Assembly (NCBI GenBank): GCA_963776345.1
Contig: CAVZMH010000021.1
Location: 1-51,501, forward strand
Direction: 5' to 3'
Length of the DNA stretch: 51,501 bases
Source of the DNA: an uncultured delta proteobacterium
GTDB lineage: Bacteria > Myxococcota > Myxococcia > Myxococcales > Myxococcaceae
Position 1 is the stretch's first letter; each line of letters begins with the position of its first letter. The position numbers and the translations under genes were made by a program. Under the pieces are notes generated by a model that saw only the letters and a program-made list of their open reading frames with translations, did not search any database and had not been told where the DNA came from. This document shows, piece by piece, positions 29,848 to 40,414 of the stretch.

Positions 29848-30893
29848 CCCGTCCTCCGCAGCGGCCGCGGCGGGACGCGGAGGCCGGTGGTCGGGTCGAA
29901 GAACTTGAGGCTCGCCTCGAGGATGCGGAAGTCGTAGGTGTGTGTGGCCTCCACCGGCGAGTGCACGGTGTACGCCAGGCTGACGATGACCTTGTGGCTG
30001 GGCGCGTGGTCGGGGAGCGTGCCGTAGAGGAGACGCCCCGCCCCGAGGTTCTCCACCCGCTCGACATGGAAGCGCATCGGCACCGCCGGCCCCGCGCCCT
30101 CGGTGGCCATGGCCCCCGCCGGGAGCAGCTGCTCGGGGCGGAAGCCGACCAGCACCCCGTCCACGTTGACCAGGTTCATCGGCGGGCTGCCCATGAACCC
30201 GGCGACGAAGGTGTCCGCCGGCTCGTCGTAGACCTCCTGGGGCTTGCCGAGCTGGCGGACCTTGCCTCCGCTCATCACCGCGATGCGGTCGCCGAGGCCC
30301 ATCGCCTCCACCTGGTCGTGGGTGACGTAGAGGGTGGTGGTGCCGAGCCGGCGCTGGAACTGCTTGAGCTCGTCGCGGGCCAGGTTGCGCAGCTTGGCGT
30401 CGAGGTTGGAGAGGGGCTCGTCGAGGAGGAAGACGTCCGGGTGCCGCACCATCGCCCGCGCCAGCGCCACCCGCTGCCGCTCGCCTCCCGACAGCTGGCG
30501 GGGCTTTCGCTGGAGCAGCCGCTCGATGCCGAACATGCGGGCGGCGCGGTCCACCTCGCCGGCGATGCTCTCCCGCGGCGCCCCCTGCGCCTTGAGGGGG
30601 AAGGCGATGTTGCTGGCCACCGAGAGGTGCGGGTAGAGCGCGTAGCTCTGGAAGACCATGGCGATCTTCCGGGCCCGCGGCGGCAGCTCGTTCACCACCC
30701 GGCCGCCGATCAGGATGTCGCCGGAGGTCTGCTTCTCCAGCCCGGCGATCATCCTGAGCAGCGTGGTCTTGCCGCAGCCCGAAGGCCCGAGGAGGACCAG
30801 GAACTCTCCCTCGTGGATGGAGAGGTCCACGCCGTCCACCGCGGTATGCCCGGTGAACTCCTTGCGCAGCGCCCTGGTCTCGACGGTGGCCAT
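29844..30893 (-). CDS. Carbohydrate ABC transporter ATP-binding protein (MalK-like)
   Basis: GPSGCGKTT, VFQSYALYPH, LSGGERQRVALARA, LLDEPLSNLDAKLR. Confidence 0.95.
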   Translation of the reverse strand: MATVETRALRKEFTGHTAVDGVDLSIHEGEFLVLLGPSGCGKTTLLRMIAGLEKQTSGDILIGGRVVNELPPRARKIAMVFQSYALYPHLSVASNIAFPLKAQGAPRESIAGEVDRAARMFGIERLLQRKPRQLSGGERQRVALARAMVRHPDVFLLDEPLSNLDAKLRNLARDELKQFQRRLGTTTLYVTHDQVEAMGLGDRIAVMSGGKVRQLGKPQEVYDEPADTFVAGFMGSPPMNLVNVDGVLVGFRPEQLLPAGAMATEGAGPAVPMRFHVERVENLGAGRLLYGTLPDHAPSHKVIVSLAYTVHSPVEATHTYDFRILEASLKFFDPTTGLRVPPRPLRRTG

Positions 30894-30913
30894 CGGTCAG
30901 TGGGGAGTGGACG

Positions 30914-32236
30914 CTAGATGAGCTTGCGCTCGGCCCACTTCTCCCAGATCTTCTTGCACTTCTCCTCGGCCTCCTTGACCGCGGCCTCGGGGGTGAGGGT
31001 CCCGGTGGCGGCCTGGGCGAACATGGTGTTGAGCACCCAGGTGCTGTACACGTCGTCGACCGCGGCGGTCGAGTAACCGGGGTAGCCGACGTTGGTGGCC
31101 CACTCCAGCGAGTCGGCCAGCACGGCGTACTTGTCCGCCGGGACCGCCTTGGAGTCCTTGGTGACGAGCTGCTTGAGGTCGGGCACCTGCTTGGGCCAGC
31201 AGGGGAAGTTGTAGAACTCGCTGGCCTTGAAGGCCTCGTGGAAGTTGCCCACGTAGTCGACCAGGAACTTCTTCGCCCCGTCGATGTTCTCGGCGAACTT
31301 CCAGATCACGTACACGCTCATCACGTGCTCGAGGCCCATCCGGCGGACGGGGCCCTTGGCGGCCTTGGCCAGCCAGATCTTGTCGCCGATGGGCATCTTG
31401 TCGTTCTCGGCGCTGCGGGTGACCGAGATCGCGTTGAGCACCACCGAGGCCTTGCCGGCGAGCATGGCCCGGTTGTTCGAGGACGCATCCCAGGCCATGA
31501 CCTCGGGGGTCATGCACTCGGTGTAGAGCGCCTTGACGAACTTCACCGCCTCGAGCGTGTTCTTGGAGTTGAGGACCAGCTTCCCGCCGGCGTCCTGCTC
31601 CGAGCCTCCGAAGGAGTAGAGGAGGGCCCGCATCGCCATCGCGGTGTCGATCTCCGAGGCGAGCCCGATGCCGACCGGGATGCCGGTCTTCTGCTTGATC
31701 TTCGCCCCGCCGACGCGGATGTCGTCCCAGCTGTCGGGCTTCATGCCGATCTCGTCCCAGAGGTCCTTCCGGTAGTTGACCGGGTCGGGGACGTAGCTGT
31801 CGGAGAAGCCGTGGTACTTCTTGGTCTTGGGGTTGTAGGTGCTCTTGACCGCGAGGTCGATCGGCTTGCCGTACTTCTTCTCGCACTCCTCGTAGATCTC
31901 GCGGTGGTCGATGACGTCGTTCTCGTAGACCGGCCGCGGCCAGAGGAAGCCGAAGAGGTCGTGGCCCTTCTTCGCCGAGACCTCGGAGGCGGCGGTGGGG
32001 TTCAGCGTCGGGATGCCGACGTTGTCGACGATGACCTCGGTGTCGTTCTTCTCACCCCACTGCTTGAGGTACGTGCCGTTGAACCACTTGTCGTACGCCG
32101 GCACGAAGTGGTTCCACTGCAAGATCTTCAGCTTCTTCTTGGCGCCCTGAGCGAAGACCTGCCGGTGAGCGCCCAGTGCGGCCCCTACGGTGGCCGTTCC
32201 CGCGACTTGCAGCAGCTTCCGTCTGGAGATTCCCAT
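30914..32236 (-). CDS. ABC transporter substrate-binding protein with Tat signal
   Basis: MGISRRKLL twin-arginine signal; LKILQWNHFVPAYD; SBP_bac_1-like; AAGGAG RBS. Confidence 0.92.
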   Translation of the reverse strand: MGISRRKLLQVAGTATVGAALGAHRQVFAQGAKKKLKILQWNHFVPAYDKWFNGTYLKQWGEKNDTEVIVDNVGIPTLNPTAASEVSAKKGHDLFGFLWPRPVYENDVIDHREIYEECEKKYGKPIDLAVKSTYNPKTKKYHGFSDSYVPDPVNYRKDLWDEIGMKPDSWDDIRVGGAKIKQKTGIPVGIGLASEIDTAMAMRALLYSFGGSEQDAGGKLVLNSKNTLEAVKFVKALYTECMTPEVMAWDASSNNRAMLAGKASVVLNAISVTRSAENDKMPIGDKIWLAKAAKGPVRRMGLEHVMSVYVIWKFAENIDGAKKFLVDYVGNFHEAFKASEFYNFPCWPKQVPDLKQLVTKDSKAVPADKYAVLADSLEWATNVGYPGYSTAAVDDVYSTWVLNTMFAQAATGTLTPEAAVKEAEEKCKKIWEKWAERKLI

Positions 32237-32615
32237 GTGCTGGCTCCTTCCAGGGACCGGCGCACGCCGTCGGTCTCGTGGCGTTGAGGGGGCGCACGTT
32301 ACCGAGTGGCGCGCAACGCGGTGCGACAAAATGCTTGTGCTCCCATCAACTGTTCGCGGACACCGGGACGGGAGTCGGGGGAGCGAGCAGGCGGGCCAGG
32401 AAGGGGCCCTCGACGACGCCGACCAGCCCCACCCGAGGACGGAGGCGAGCACGAGCCTGACGGCCGGGGACGGCCCCTCGGGCCTGTGGGTGGCCCACCA
32501 CCTGTCCCTCTCCAGGGCGTTCCGTCGCGAGCGGACGCGACATGGGACGAAACGTACCGCCGCGCGTGACCGGCGGGGCGAAAGGCGTGCAACGCTCACT
32601 GCCTTCGAGCATCCG

Positions 32616-33104
32616 ATGCGCCCGATGATCCAGGAAGGTCAGCCGGCTCCGGCGTTCACCCTCAAGGACGCCTCGGGGCGTCCGTGGTCCCTCGATGCGC
32701 TCCGGAAGAGCGGCCCGGTGGTGCTGTTCTTCTACCCGCGCGACGAGTCGGCCATCTGCACCCGCGAGGTCTGCGCCTTCCGCGATGCACACCAGGACTT
32801 CGCGGACACCGGGGCGACCGTGGTCGGGATCAGCTCGGACGGGGAGGCGTCGCACGAGGCCTTCGCGCGGAAGCAGTCACTGAACTACCTGCTGCTGAGC
32901 GATCCGGGCGGAGCGGCGCGCCGGGCGTACGGAATTCCGAAGATGCTCGGCGTCGTCGACGGGCGCGCGACGTTCGTCATCGACCGCTCCGGTGTGGTGC
33001 GGATGGCCTACGCGGCACAGCTGGTGGCCGAGGGGCACACCCGACGGGCGCTCGAGGTGGTGCGGGCGCTGCGCGGGACCGGAAGCACGGCTCCGGCCCC
33101 GTAG
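32616..33104 (+). CDS. bcp: Peroxiredoxin Q / BCP
   Basis: APAFTL, VLFFYPRDESAICTREVCAFRD (CxxxxC), GRATFVID. Confidence 0.9.
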   Translation: MRPMIQEGQPAPAFTLKDASGRPWSLDALRKSGPVVLFFYPRDESAICTREVCAFRDAHQDFADTGATVVGISSDGEASHEAFARKQSLNYLLLSDPGGAARRAYGIPKMLGVVDGRATFVIDRSGVVRMAYAAQLVAEGHTRRALEVVRALRGTGSTAPAP

Positions 33105-33174
33105 GCGGGCCGGGCTCGGCCTCCTCGCCCGGAGGCCCAGACGAGCGGTGCCAGCTCCTCCCTCGCGCAGCGGC

Positions 33175-36100
33175 TCAGGGCTCGGGCGCGGCCGGCGTCG
33201 GGCTCAGCCGTCCACCGCCGCGGCCGGCCTCGGGGACCTCGGCCTCGGCCTCCGCCCGGTGTTCGCGGGCGATGAGCACGTAGATGGCGGGCACGAAGAC
33301 CAGGGTGAACAGCGTCCCGATCGCCATGCCGGTGACCAGCACCAGGCCGATGCTGTTCCGCGCCGCGGCGCCCGGACCGGTCACCAGGGTCAGGGGGAAG
33401 TGGCCGGCGATGGTCGCCACGCTGGTCATGAGGATGGGCCGGAGGCGGGTCATCGCCGCCTCCTTCACCGCCTCGATCTTCTGCTTGCCCGCCGCCTGGA
33501 GCTTGTTGGCGAACTCGACGATCAGGATGCCGTTCTTGGAGATCAGCCCCACCAGCGTCACCAGCCCCACCTGGGAGTAGATGTTCATGGTGGTGGTCCA
33601 CCCGTTGGTGAAGAACGGGATCTGCGGGTTCGGCATCTTCAGGAAGGTGGTGATCAGCGCCCCGAAGATGGCGAGCGGCACCGAGCCGGCGAGGATGACC
33701 AGCGGGTCGCGGAAGCTGTTGAACTGCGCCGCGAGCACCAGGAAGATCAGCACCACCGCCAGCCCGAACGCCGGGAGGAACTTGTTGCCCTCCTGGCGGA
33801 GCTGCCGCGACTCGCCGGTGTAGTCGATCTTGTATCCCTTGGGCAGGATCTTCGCCGCCTCGTCCTCGAGGAACGTCAGGCCGTCGTCGAGCGAGGCCGC
33901 CACGCCGCTGATCTTCACCGCGTTCAGCTGCTGGAACCGGTTGAGCGAGCGCGGCACCACCGTGTCCTTGATGGTGGCGATGGAGGAGAGCTTCACCAGC
34001 TGCCCGTTCGGCCCGGTGACGTAGATGTCGCCCAGCTGCTCGGGGTTGAGCCGCTCCACCCGGAGGAGCTGAGGGATGACCTTGTAGCTCCGGCCCTGGA
34101 TGCTGAAGCGGTTGACGAAGTTGCCGCCCAGCGCGGCGCTCACGTCCTGGCCGACCTGCTGGAGGTTCAGGTTCAGCTGCGCCACCTTCTCCCGGTCGAT
34201 CTCGATCTCCGACTGCGGCTGATCCACCTTCACGTCGATCAGCGGCGGGAACCAGAACTTCCCGCTCTTCCCCGCCGCGTCCGCCAGCTGCCGGGCGAAG
34301 CCGAGGATCTCGCTCTCCTCGGCGGTGGAGGCGATGACGAACTCGATGGGGAAGTTGCCGCCGCCGGGGAGCGACGGCGGGGTCACGGCGAAGGTCTGGA
34401 TGCCGGGGATGGCGCTGACCCGCTTCTGCACCTCGGGCAGGACCTGCGACGAGGTTCGCTTGCGCTGGTTCCAGGGCTTGAGCCCGTCCCCCCAGAACCC
34501 GCCGCTGGGGAAGGTGATCTGGAAGGTGAAGCGCGACTCGGGGATCTCCAGCACCGTCCGGTTCACCTCCCGGACCGAGACCATCAGCTGGTCCAGGGTG
34601 GAGTTGGACGGGGTGTTCACCACGCCGAAGAGGAAGCCCTGGTCCTCGACCGGCGCCAATTCCTGAGGGGAGAACTTGTACATCGCCACCGCGAGCAGCG
34701 CGAAGACCGCCCAGGCGACGTAGATCTGGCGCCGGCTGGACAGCGCCACGTCGAGGATCCGGCCGTAGAACCGGCGCAGCCGCTCGAAGTCGCGGTTGAT
34801 GCGCCCGGCGAAGCCCTTGTGCTCGTCCCCGGTGTGCATCAGGTAGCGGGACATCATCGGCGACAGCGTCAGCGCCACCACGCCGGAGATGGTCACCGCG
34901 CCGGCCAGGGTCAGCGCGAACTCGCGGAAGAGCGACCCGGTCAGCCCACCCTGGAAGGCGATCGGCACGTACACCGCGGCCAGGGTGATGGTCATGGCGA
35001 TGATCGGACCGACCAGCTCGCGCGCGCCCCTGAGCGCCGCCTGCATCGGGGTCATGCCCTCGCCGAGGTGCCGCTCGACGTTCTCCACCACCACGATCGC
35101 GTCGTCGACCACCAGACCGACCGAGAGCACGATGGCCAGCAGGGTGAGCAGATTGAGGCTGAACCCGAAGATCTGCATCAGGAACACCGCGCCGATCAGC
35201 GACACCGGGATGGCCACCACCGGCACCAGCACCGATCGGAACGAGCCGAGGAAGAGGAAGATGACGACGATCACGATGAGCAGCGTGTCCCGGAGGGTGT
35301 GGACCACGTCGTCGATCGCGCTCTGGACGTACTCGGTGCTGTCGTAGGCGACGGTGGCCTTGATCTGCTCCGGCAGCTGCTTCTGCATCACCGCCAGCTC
35401 GGCCCGCACCCGCTTGATGACGTCGAGCGAGTTGGCGTTGGGGAGCGCCCAGACGCCGATGAACACCGCGGTCTGGCCGGTGAAGTTCACCGCGGCGTCG
35501 TAGTCCTCGGCGCCGAGCACCACCTCGGCCACGTCCGACAGGCGGACCACCGCCCCGCCGCTCTGCCTGATGATCAGCCGCTTGAACTCGTCCACCGAGC
35601 GCAGGTCGGTGTTGGCGGTGAGGTTGATCTGGACCAGCGAGCCCTTGGTCTGGCCGACCGCGGCCAGGTAGTTGTTGGCGGCCAGCGCCTGGCGCACCTG
35701 GGCCGGGCTCACGTTGAGCGCGGCCATCCGGTCCGGCTTCAGCCAGATGCGCATGGCGAAGGTGCGGGCGCCGAGGATGTCCGCCTTCTGCACGCCCTCC
35801 AGCGCCGAGAGCCTCGGCTGCACCACCCGCACCAGGTAGTCGGTGATCTCGTTCTGCTTGAGGAAATCGGAGGAGAAGCTCAGGTAGGCCGCGGCGAACT
35901 GGCTGTCGACCGTGGCGATGTTGAGCACCGGGACCTGGGCCTCGGGCGGCAGGTCTCCGCGCACCTGGTCCACCTTGGAGCTGATCTCGGCCAGCGCCTT
36001 GGTCGAGTCGTAGTTCAGCCGGAGCCGGGCGGTGATGGTGGACAGGCCCTGGGTGCTGGTGGACTCGAGGTAGTCGATGCCGTCCGCCGAGGCGATGACC

Positions 36101-36357
36101 CGCTCCAGCGGCGTGGTGATGAAGCCCCGGACGAGCTCGGCGCTCGCGCCCACGTACACCGTGGTCACGGTGATGGCCGCGTTCTGGTTCAGGGGGTACT
36201 GCCGGACGATGATCGTCCGGAGCGCCTGGAGCCCGCCGATGATGATCAGGAGATTGACCACCAGCGCGATGACCGGCCGGCGGATGAAGAGGTCGGTGAA
36301 GGCTCTCGGCTCGGGAGCGTGACCCGCGGCCGGTGTCGTCGAATCCGTCGAATCCAT
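33175..36357 (-). CDS. RND efflux transporter permease subunit (AcrB/MexW-like)
   Basis: FTDLFIRRPV, GLVVDDAIVVVEN, GLISKNGILIVEFAN, RLRPILMT; 1060 aa. Confidence 0.96.
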   Translation of the reverse strand: MDSTDSTTPAAGHAPEPRAFTDLFIRRPVIALVVNLLIIIGGLQALRTIIVRQYPLNQNAAITVTTVYVGASAELVRGFITTPLERVIASADGIDYLESTSTQGLSTITARLRLNYDSTKALAEISSKVDQVRGDLPPEAQVPVLNIATVDSQFAAAYLSFSSDFLKQNEITDYLVRVVQPRLSALEGVQKADILGARTFAMRIWLKPDRMAALNVSPAQVRQALAANNYLAAVGQTKGSLVQINLTANTDLRSVDEFKRLIIRQSGGAVVRLSDVAEVVLGAEDYDAAVNFTGQTAVFIGVWALPNANSLDVIKRVRAELAVMQKQLPEQIKATVAYDSTEYVQSAIDDVVHTLRDTLLIVIVVIFLFLGSFRSVLVPVVAIPVSLIGAVFLMQIFGFSLNLLTLLAIVLSVGLVVDDAIVVVENVERHLGEGMTPMQAALRGARELVGPIIAMTITLAAVYVPIAFQGGLTGSLFREFALTLAGAVTISGVVALTLSPMMSRYLMHTGDEHKGFAGRINRDFERLRRFYGRILDVALSSRRQIYVAWAVFALLAVAMYKFSPQELAPVEDQGFLFGVVNTPSNSTLDQLMVSVREVNRTVLEIPESRFTFQITFPSGGFWGDGLKPWNQRKRTSSQVLPEVQKRVSAIPGIQTFAVTPPSLPGGGNFPIEFVIASTAEESEILGFARQLADAAGKSGKFWFPPLIDVKVDQPQSEIEIDREKVAQLNLNLQQVGQDVSAALGGNFVNRFSIQGRSYKVIPQLLRVERLNPEQLGDIYVTGPNGQLVKLSSIATIKDTVVPRSLNRFQQLNAVKISGVAASLDDGLTFLEDEAAKILPKGYKIDYTGESRQLRQEGNKFLPAFGLAVVLIFLVLAAQFNSFRDPLVILAGSVPLAIFGALITTFLKMPNPQIPFFTNGWTTTMNIYSQVGLVTLVGLISKNGILIVEFANKLQAAGKQKIEAVKEAAMTRLRPILMTSVATIAGHFPLTLVTGPGAAARNSIGLVLVTGMAIGTLFTLVFVPAIYVLIAREHRAEAEAEVPEAGRGGGRLSPTPAAPEP

Positions 36358-36374
36358 GGTGTTCCCTGCAGGCT

Positions 36375-37580
36375 TCAGCGGTCGACCGGCGCGGGGACGA
36401 ACTGCGCGGGCGGATTGATGTTGTTGTTCACCACCACCGCCACGCCCGGGCGCAGCTTGAACGCGCCGCTGCTGGCCACGGTCTCGCCCTCGGCCAGGCC
36501 GGAGGCCACGGTCACGAAGTCTCCCCGGCGCTCACCGGTGCGGATGAATCGCTGCTGGGCGACGAGCTGCTCCTTGCCGTCCTCGCCCTTCTTCTGCTCC
36601 AGCACGTAGACCGAGTCGCCGTAGGGCGCGAAGAGCACCGCGGTGGACGGGATGACCAGCACCTTGCGCTTCTCGCCGGAGGCCACCTCGACGCTGGCGA
36701 ACATGCCGGGCGACAGCCGGCCGTCGGTGTTCGGCACCGTGGCCCGCATCCGCACGTTGCGGGTGCCGGGATCGATCTCCGGGTTGATGGTGGTGACCTC
36801 TCCCTCCCAGGAGGCCCCGGGGTACACGTCGACCGTGAGGAGGACCTTCTGGCCCATCTTCACGTCGGCCAGCGCCTGCTGCGGGAGCGAGAACTCGGCG
36901 TAGATGGGGGTGACCGTCTGCAGCGAGACGATGGGCGTTCCCGGCGAGACGACCTGCCCCAGCTCCACCTGGCGGATGCCCACGCGGCCGTCGAACGGGG
37001 CGCGGATCACCTTCTTGTTGATGATCGCCTGGAAGTTCACCACGGCCGCCTGGGCCTGCTTGTCCTTGGCCTGGGCGTTCTCCAGGTCGGCCTCGGTGTT
37101 GACCTCCTGCTTGCGCAGCGACACGGCGCGGTCCAGGGTCTGCTTGGTGAAGGCGGCGTCGGCGCGCGCGCTCTCCAGCTGTGCCGACTCGGCCGAGGTG
37201 TCCAGCCGGACGATGAGCTGGCCCTTCTTCACCAGGCCGCCGTTCTCGAAGCCGATCTCGCGGACCGTGCCGGTCACCTCGGCCCCGAGGGTCACGCCGC
37301 GGAGAGCGACCAGGGTCCCCACCCCGTTCCGGGTGGGCTGCCAGTCGAACGACTGGACCTTGGCCGAGGCCACCGACTCGGGCGGCGGCACCATCGTCTT
37401 GCCGACCGCGAACATGGTCTTGAACTGGGAGACCTTGGTCAGCGCGAGACCGAGGAACACCACCAGCAGCCCGACGATGACCACGAGCCATCGCTTCCCG
37501 TTGCGGCGGCGCGTGACCTGGACGCCACCGGCGTCGAACTGCTGGTCGTTCGGGTGGTGATGCGGAGCAGGCTGGAACAT
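36375..37580 (-). CDS. RND efflux periplasmic adaptor (MFP)
   Basis: TM anchor, IRAPFDGRVGIRQV, TRNVRMRATVPN..LSPGMF; start may be further downstream. Confidence 0.93.
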   Translation of the reverse strand: MFQPAPHHHPNDQQFDAGGVQVTRRRNGKRWLVVIVGLLVVFLGLALTKVSQFKTMFAVGKTMVPPPESVASAKVQSFDWQPTRNGVGTLVALRGVTLGAEVTGTVREIGFENGGLVKKGQLIVRLDTSAESAQLESARADAAFTKQTLDRAVSLRKQEVNTEADLENAQAKDKQAQAAVVNFQAIINKKVIRAPFDGRVGIRQVELGQVVSPGTPIVSLQTVTPIYAEFSLPQQALADVKMGQKVLLTVDVYPGASWEGEVTTINPEIDPGTRNVRMRATVPNTDGRLSPGMFASVEVASGEKRKVLVIPSTAVLFAPYGDSVYVLEQKKGEDGKEQLVAQQRFIRTGERRGDFVTVASGLAEGETVASSGAFKLRPGVAVVVNNNINPPAQFVPAPVDR

Positions 37581-37752
37581 GAATGTCAGGGCCTCGCCGG
37601 GCTAGACGATGGAGGGCGCGGTGAATTACCCGGAACCGGTCCCGAAGGCTCGGGAAAGTGCAGACCAGTTCCATGAAGTTCCGTGAACGACCCCACCCCC
37701 GCCCCACCCGTAGGCGTTGTGAGGAGTTACCAGCGGTCACCCGGGTGGCGGA

Positions 37753-39975
37753 CTACCCGCCGGGACGGTCGGCGCGGGCGGGCGCCGCCGCGGGCTGGGC
37801 GGGCGCCGGGGGAACGGCAGCCCCACCCGCCTGGACCACCCGCGGGGCCTTCTCGGCGGCCATGCGCTGGGAGAGCGTGGCGTCCAGCTCGCGGCCGAAG
37901 GCGGCGGCCGAGGGGTCGGTGGAGGCCATCAGCTTGCGAACCGCGGGCCAGAGCGGGTGGTCCGCGTCCTGTTGCTCGGACACGCCCTTCGCCAGGAGGA
38001 CGAGGGCGGCGTCGCGATCCGCGGACGTCGCCCCCCGGAGGGCGACCAGGAGCTCGTCCGGCGCGGTCCGGGCCACGTCGGCGAGGGCGCCCGAGACGGT
38101 GCGCTGCGCGCCCGGGTCGCCGCTCGAGGCGCGGGCGAGCTCGAGGAGCCGCGTCAGGGCCTCGCCGTTCCCCTCGGCGGCGAGCGAGGTGAGGCTGCCC
38201 ACGCAGGGGAGCTCGACGTCGAGCTCCCGCGCGAGCTGCCGGAGGCGCCCGTACACCTCGTCACCGGCGGTGAAGCTGTCGAGGAGCGCGCGGCTGCCGA
38301 GGTAGTCGCGCGGGTCGGTCTGGTAGATGGAGTCGGCCAGGACGGCCCGGACTGCCGGGTCGCGCTCGCTGCGCCAGGCGGTGCGGAGGAAGGGCAGGTT
38401 CCGCTGGTCGGCCTTCTGGGCGACGGCGAGGTAGGTCTTGATGCGTGCCTTGGCCTCCGCGCTGGAGGCGGCGCCGAGCGCGGCGGTTTCCAGGATCGTG
38501 GCCACGGCGCGGTCGGGCCCGCCCGGCGCTCCCACCGCGGCCACCGCGGCGCCGATGGCGTCGATGCCCTGGACGACCGGGCCAGTGCGTCCGGCGAAGT
38601 CGTTCACCAGCACGCTGAAGGCGAAGCGCTCGCCGCCGACGGACTGGACGTAGCCGCTGAGGGCCGAGACGTTCTCCAGCGTTCCAGTCTTGGCGCGGAG
38701 GCGGCCCACCGCCTCGCTGCCCTCGAAGCGGTAGCGGAGCGTGCCGTCCTTGCCGGCGATGCCCACCGACGAGAGGTACTCGGGGGCGAGCGGGAAGCGG
38801 TCCCACATCACCTTGAGGAGCTGGGTGAGCTGCCGCGGGGTGAAGCGGTTGGTGTCGTTGAGTCCCGAGCCGTTGCGGAGGATGTACGAGCCGCGGGGGA
38901 TGCCCACCTCGCGCTCGAGGAACTCCTCGGCCGCGGAGACGCCGTTGGCGGTGGTGCCGGGCGGGCCCTTCACCTCGGCGCCCAGCGTCTTCAGCAATTG
39001 CTCGGCGACGAAGTTGCTCGAGTACTTGTTCATCCGCTTGAGGACCAGGTCGAACGTCTCGCTCTGGGCCACGTAGAGGAGGCGCGCGCGCTCCGGGACC
39101 ACCCCGAGCTTCGGCTTGCCGCGCACCCGGATGCCGTGCATCTCGAGGATGCGCTTCAGGGTACTGCCGAAGTACAGCGGCGGGTTGTCGACGCGCTTCC
39201 AGACCGCCCACTCGCCGGAGACGGGCACGGTGCCGCGCACGGTGATGCGCTGCTGGGTACCGGTCCAGGTGGAGGCGACCGAGGCGCGCCGGGCCCGCCG
39301 GGAGGCGCCCACCGCGGAGTTGAGGACCTCGAAGTAGTCGGAGGGCGGCTCGATCTCCACGGCGGCGCGCGCTCCGGGCGCCGAGGCGCGCAGGTACACG
39401 CCGACCGCGTTGGCGTTGAGGCTGAGCGCGCCGGTGGGTGCGGTGTAGGCGCGGTCCGAGACCTCCTGCTCGAAGCCCGGGGCCAGCCGCTCGGGGTCGA
39501 ACCAGGTGTCGTCGAGGACCAGCTCGCCGACCTCGCGCAGGCCGAGGTGCGCCAGCTCCGAGGCGATGGCGTGGAGCCGCTCGGTGGTGAGGCTCGGGTC
39601 GCCCTTGCCGCGGACCCAGAGGGTGCGGGTGCTGGCGCCGCCCGGGCCGGGCTCGACCAGGAACTCGGTGTCGAAGCGGTACTCGGGGCCGAGCCGGGCG
39701 AGCGCCGCGGCCGCGGTGACCAGCTTCACGTTCGACGCGGGGTTCATCAGCGCGTCGGCGTCCTTGCTGAAGACGACGCTCCCGTCGTCGAGGCTGATCA
39801 GCTGGACGCCGAGCCGCGCGTCGCGGAACGGGGCGCGCTGGGCGAGGTCGAGGAGGGTCTTCTTCAGCGCCTCGCGATCGGCGGCGCGGTCACGGCCGGC
39901 GGGCGAGGCCGGTCCGGCGAGCGCCGAGGCACAGGCGAGGAGCGCAGCGAGAAGAAGCAGACGACGGGGCGACAA
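37753..39975 (-). CDS. dacB: D-Ala-D-Ala carboxypeptidase/endopeptidase PBP4 (peptidase S13) with a helical C-terminal extension
   Basis: PASNVK (SxxK), SSN (SxN), AKTG (KTG), GKGDPSL, NGSGL; TTG start with GGAG RBS. Confidence 0.92.
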   Translation of the reverse strand: MSPRRLLLLAALLACASALAGPASPAGRDRAADREALKKTLLDLAQRAPFRDARLGVQLISLDDGSVVFSKDADALMNPASNVKLVTAAAALARLGPEYRFDTEFLVEPGPGGASTRTLWVRGKGDPSLTTERLHAIASELAHLGLREVGELVLDDTWFDPERLAPGFEQEVSDRAYTAPTGALSLNANAVGVYLRASAPGARAAVEIEPPSDYFEVLNSAVGASRRARRASVASTWTGTQQRITVRGTVPVSGEWAVWKRVDNPPLYFGSTLKRILEMHGIRVRGKPKLGVVPERARLLYVAQSETFDLVLKRMNKYSSNFVAEQLLKTLGAEVKGPPGTTANGVSAAEEFLEREVGIPRGSYILRNGSGLNDTNRFTPRQLTQLLKVMWDRFPLAPEYLSSVGIAGKDGTLRYRFEGSEAVGRLRAKTGTLENVSALSGYVQSVGGERFAFSVLVNDFAGRTGPVVQGIDAIGAAVAAVGAPGGPDRAVATILETAALGAASSAEAKARIKTYLAVAQKADQRNLPFLRTAWRSERDPAVRAVLADSIYQTDPRDYLGSRALLDSFTAGDEVYGRLRQLARELDVELPCVGSLTSLAAEGNGEALTRLLELARASSGDPGAQRTVSGALADVARTAPDELLVALRGATSADRDAALVLLAKGVSEQQDADHPLWPAVRKLMASTDPSAAAFGRELDATLSQRMAAEKAPRVVQAGGAAVPPAPAQPAAAPARADRPGG

Positions 39976-40182
39976 CGGGCTGCACTCCAGGGCGAACGGC
40001 CGACTCGGTGGATCTTCCTCCGCCCCTCGGCGCGGCCGCAAGGTAGGCCGAGCGCTCACGCGGCATCCGTGTCGGCGGCCAGGCGAGCGCGCGCGCGTGG
40101 GTGCTCGCGCCGTGGAAGTTTCCGCGGGGGGCCTCGAGGTGCCCGCCCGAGGGGTGCGCCCGAGCGACTCGCGCCCGACCTC

Positions 40183-40383
40183 GTGCCAGACACCTCGTGA
40201 CCGGCACACCCGCTTGGGCATCGAGTCCGGGTCGACAGACTTGCCCCGGCGGGACGCGAGGAGGCCGGGGTCCTGACCCCTCAGGCCATCCCGGACGGCC
40301 TGCGCGAACCCTGGGCGCTCCTGGGACCGCCCGAGAGGTGTCCCCCGAGAGGTGTCAGACACCTCGTGACGGCGTGAGACACC
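40183..40383. repeat. Cluster of REP-like palindromes and half-sites (GAGGTGTCAGACACCTC family)
   Basis: Perfect palindrome 40349-40365; cagacacctcgtgac at 40187 and 40356; ccgagaggtgtc tandem at 40331/40345; ggggtc-ct-gacccc at 40267-40280. Confidence 0.7.
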
Positions 40384-40414
40384 GGGGGTCGAGCGCCTCC
40401 GCTGGCCGCTGCCT

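Noticed and set aside
32992..36609. 1205-aa plus-strand ORF and other long antisense ORFs (e.g. 5717-8059, 10458-13181, 19136-21232, 37957-40200, 40531-42789)
   Set aside because: Shadow frames of real genes, caused by stop-codon scarcity at high GC.
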